Virus record (IMG/VR): IMGVR_UViG_3300044825_002550
DNA from: an uncultured virus (IMG/VR IMGVR_UViG_3300044825_002550)
Lineage: Duplodnaviria > Heunggongvirae > Uroviricota > Caudoviricetes
Strand: one strand, 5' to 3'
DNA: 64,000 bases
Shown: piece after piece, positions 62,201 to 64,000 of the stretch
Layout of the letters: every line of letters begins with the position of its first letter
How positions within the stretch are numbered: the first letter of the stretch is position 1
The notes under the pieces: model-generated
Seen by the model: only the letters and a program-made list of their open reading frames with translations
Told to the model about the DNA's origin: nothing
Database searches by the model: none
Program-made: the position numbers and the translations under genes

Positions 62201-64000
62201 AATATGGATTAATTAGAAACAGCAGCCACGCTTTCCAAACTGCTATTACTATACGCGAATATCAACTACAACATCTTAAACATCAAAGACCTATTGAACT
62301 AGCTTATACCTTACTAAAAGAGCTCTACGCCTCCGGAAGAATTGACCAGGCTAATACACGTATACCTTTTAGCTATACTCCTCTGGATTCTCTCCCTAAA
62401 ATGTATGCTACTGTAGGTACTAACTACTCTAATTCTTCTTTAAACTTAATTAGCAGAGTCACTTCACTTCTTAAAGGCTTTACTTCTAACTCACAAACCC
62501 CTATTGGTTTAGAAGATATTGCTGCGAAACAATACAAAGAAACAACCAGCCAAATACCTTTTTTAGGTTACTTTTTTGATACTTTTAAAGACGTTGCTAG
62601 TTCTCTATCTGGTAACTCCTCTATCTCTAGCGGCTTGGCTTTGGCTGTTCAATCTATTCCCCTTGCTACTTTTACACTTGGCGGTATTATTGCTGTCGGC
62701 TCTCAAACTCTAACTTCTCTCTATGCTATTCAAACAGGTAATGTCCTTAAATCTACTACTAATGAACTTAACACTGTTAGAACTAACTTAGAGCAAGTTT
62801 CAAAGATAAAATTCTCCTTTGACAGTTCATCTCAAAAGTTAAAACTTAATAATACTGTTATAAACAATTCTATTACTGATGTTCTTAATGAAACTCATCT
62901 TACTTCAGGTATACAAAATGCTCACAATTCTCTATTCAATATTGACTTTATTGATAAAGAGATACAATCAGATATACGTGATGTTTCTAGACTTAAAAAC
63001 CAGCTAAATACAACTTCTGACTTGGCTTTAAAACAAACTCTAACAGACGATATTAATACAAAAGCAAAACAGTTAACTGATAAGTTAAAAACCAAACTGA
63101 CTGATTTCTTAGACACAGACGTTACTATCTCTACTACTCAGACAAAAAAAGTTTATGAGTTACTAGATATAACTGATGATATGAGAAATTTATTAGAAAA
63201 CAAAGTTGATAGTATTCTGACTGAACTAACCTCTATTATAGATAGTACTCAGTTAGATGAGGTTTTGGACCCTCGCATAAAAAAGGCTTTAGGTTCTGCC
63301 TTATTACAACTACAAAAGGATATATATAGTCAAGCTAATTTACCTCCTGTACAAAAACCTAATCCTCAAACTAGTAGCTTGTCTTCAACTGTAGCCCGCG
63401 CTGATAAAACTGCTTCTATTCCTGTCAAAAATCTTAACTCTATTATTCAACAACGCGGTATTACTGGCCTTGTTTTACAATCCTCTCAAGGCGCTTTTAG
63501 TCTAGCTTCTAAATTCCAAGATTTACATGGCCCTTATGAAGTCCTCTCTGGCTTAACTTTAGCTATCTCCTCTACTAACCGTCTTCAAAAATATCAGGGT
63601 GCTTACGCTGCTTCTTCTGGCTTAATAACTACAGCCGCCGCTTTTGCGGCTATGTTGGCTATTAACAGCTTTGGTGTTAGCGCCCTTCCTCTTATGATTG
63701 CTATGGGCCTTGGTGTTTGGGGCTTTACTTCTTGGGATTCTACTTTTAATAATAAACGCTTTACTAGATCAGCTTTATCTACTATGCTTGCTATAGATAA
63801 AGCAGTATTTGACCCTGTTCGCTACGGCACGGCTAACCTTTTATATAATCTCCCTACTATACCTTTTTTAGGCCCCATTTCTCACTTTCCCTTCTCTCTG
63901 TTTGACTCTTTTCTTAATAACATTTACTCCTCTTCTTTTGTATCCGAAAACCCTAACGTTCAAATGGGTTTATCTTTCATTTTGCCAGAAACACCTCAAC
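56236..64000 (+). CDS. Giant (>2588 aa, truncated by window) protein with two PLD-type HxK motifs and multiple hydrophobic segments
   Basis: ATG at 56236 after AAAGGT (MELESLEQNRRSS...). IVHSKFFVEEEGRSDRYFVSTGNL at ~57289-57360 and FPHAKVIASKDTLHLGSHNFS...E at ~57811-57900. The track lists no closed ORF in this frame, consistent with no stop before 64000. Confidence 0.85.
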   Translation, partial: MELESLEQNRRSSFSLADTAQTLYPSISNPSSLSSFSSFTSNNPQLSLFNNSSILLASNTSLASTSTNTTPKPFGTLLDKKHTFYNSRDIGKGLMGFLEESKPNSLKGAFYELSSNPQFLKVFSEKAKDDGIVVSMGPGNVSLTESMVESSSIALNSILSLKIIGAFNSGVGEIINYASEKLTGNPIYKTSEEQKQSTESVNTARFVNSLQYGLLGYLAEPVVSNSINLFSTTPKSGSFKPGSFGRKALVSLFVGSLGYVFSPTTIDSTHLSELNTARMRFIPNSALKAYGLTVGTDSDTPQPSRGNWFHHAVAMFSRTFLLGGVDVTNKTIPYAVEYSKNSSNQNQVSNYIVHSKFFVEEEGRSDRYFVSTGNLNTLVEVYNTPADKRHKQINYAISGNDPQIAKDLREVATFLATAQPSDTFLPLQEKLTSKKVSIGGMGSNSTQEIINLIQESKGEIYGVMPYATDSDIANAFVTAQKQGKKVSIFIKNPLGVDGQQQSSNFARILLEGGVDVLIVPENSKAFPHAKVIASKDTLHLGSHNFSKNSSRHVAEVSLQFRSSGIGIPVIDAIKQDIKDDKAITLNKTKLETLINQAALNKDYSALRLYKAMYPEGDIKEAQTRISTKNDLVQFLMPDMLSIGGVLNNKLNSSAVFLPTSIPTEYYSRHGFNLNNTPDIYQHLRYGLDKQSSLEKFSAFYADFALQHPFSIGLGAYINAGFPNLYKPNDGLFSTISKGVGRFLDTLTGHYTNMYYKDLRAGLVYGNMKDFHKAAYRKDDRRGFFESTLYTFSSAMSSTAYSLAFYFGITHSIAIARAKFEDIGTDYISQLDFQKTPKFIQKVYFDDTTISRLNVINDVTQALKTSPNPAQLGKVLDEYYNYIINEAASTPLSLDSEIKSQFDTFKVSSDIIDKDINLVRNAISTGSLDPSDLNSIATFKKSTFGVDSTQITFNTLSNRPALFNTVSFLRNIDSSHFTNIIEPIIRDIAVYEDVDKTLFENTLSKLKQNISGGISLIFKSNDIYNDILNVHNFGYKRLEEIASQLDTLASFIPANPFLYYKPYRQARGVTTLKQQNITPSGQIIQDSISLKSLIGPGFSGLTSFTNQVLQQVKEVKLDKFISESYNAFTLQNKLIKNEVKIARRIDKLLRNVDPGLLQDLTDLSKGTLSSPLKDLSDNLKNQLGADIADLLDDPKLQSLVDQYLIDYEKFSTTTKFYSNDSIDKIKDNSNKGLNKTLRSVLFSAGPILILDKLLDPHVMQNSGDLISQIFADFNLTRTKDENRVSQIEFTGGIPFYLKYPIILSGFITGGYALPSRKSTYSAVSRLNATLQARYQNVDLSTLGVTDSLLRTAEKELRAAASAASSSTPDLDSNIAKYLFSDRGDRLRLKFGYMGAFLGGSAALIATQTVFNLTAATLNFIKSVDRGEGQKPSSEEMAAGLKVMSIIKRSLTTQKTSNKATVDEIASREVLRLGALNLTYGRDKRPSYIYTFSSQIPTPLFQATLVSKFDKQGSALTYGLGFQFVPILGSGSIPTAPFSISVRPLRNTVEAKRELYKKSLLSLASPSSTSVDQLKQQYEQQMQIAGFFSLLSFPGQFLSVDKDTTLGSAINFLGATSYISTLASKLPKSISSSDRTFRYLTAFSFDTIRNLVGYSQSLTVALPNAFLKAGTSLLGDSYIKAIGPKARKFSPFILSYMYASGITAPEGSFSNVGSQFINPVVSEIHRFFTAVAPITLIYGFGLHHAKVFSRAQDINPSDTATDFISTKQKEIKKIYEQATKSLDPSLLKNYELPLIRTANLRLNIAARRIFSISAILGAVGLLVNSTNSQNFRFGFLDIISDSQIKQLSPTERILQSNYSSARYNPSSSSEAFSSYADYLTRSLLGIFGVQNLFYRDDPNAFLSLAGPFGISETQPNKLRGYTQAQSSSADISGSKVTLAAQLASSDFSMQLKAMLSEASSKDETTTQLFHRLFAYPRKEPAKLSRYISQSEYGLIRNSSHAFQTAITIREYQLQHLKHQRPIELAYTLLKELYASGRIDQANTRIPFSYTPLDSLPKMYATVGTNYSNSSLNLISRVTSLLKGFTSNSQTPIGLEDIAAKQYKETTSQIPFLGYFFDTFKDVASSLSGNSSISSGLALAVQSIPLATFTLGGIIAVGSQTLTSLYAIQTGNVLKSTTNELNTVRTNLEQVSKIKFSFDSSSQKLKLNNTVINNSITDVLNETHLTSGIQNAHNSLFNIDFIDKEIQSDIRDVSRLKNQLNTTSDLALKQTLTDDINTKAKQLTDKLKTKLTDFLDTDVTISTTQTKKVYELLDITDDMRNLLENKVDSILTELTSIIDSTQLDEVLDPRIKKALGSALLQLQKDIYSQANLPPVQKPNPQTSSLSSTVARADKTASIPVKNLNSIIQQRGITGLVLQSSQGAFSLASKFQDLHGPYEVLSGLTLAISSTNRLQKYQGAYAASSGLITTAAAFAAMLAINSFGVSALPLMIAMGLGVWGFTSWDSTFNNKRFTRSALSTMLAIDKAVFDPVRYGTANLLYNLPTIPFLGPISHFPFSLFDSFLNNIYSSSFVSENPNVQMGLSFILPETPQ

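Overview
This window is a segment of a large contractile-tailed (myovirus-like) phage genome. It carries a Mu-like head module (portal, protease/scaffold, major capsid), tail sheath and tube, baseplate genes, a PAAR spike tip and a large terminase, in a non-canonical order. Five things stand out. (1) A 4460-aa ORF (10972-24354, -) has two N-terminal PLD-type HxK motifs, followed by motifs resembling both barrels of a two-barrel RNA polymerase, including GDNDGD. It is a candidate virion-packaged single-chain RNAP-PLD fusion. (2) A second giant PLD-motif ORF starts at 56236, runs off the window and is missing from the ORF track. (3) The GC-richer left end (1-2220) is an array of small HEXXH-peptidase paralogs, each bounded by a near-identical hairpin element, next to a strict 13-bp tandem array. 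(4) A -1 slippery site joins 24413-25195 to 25246-25674, in the manner of lambda G/GT tail chaperones. (5) A recurring GC-rich quasi-palindrome (AGC-S(n)-GCT) repeatedly marks points where the + strand switches from purine-rich to pyrimidine-rich. All calls come from reading motifs by eye; no database searches were run, and the host cannot be determined from this window.
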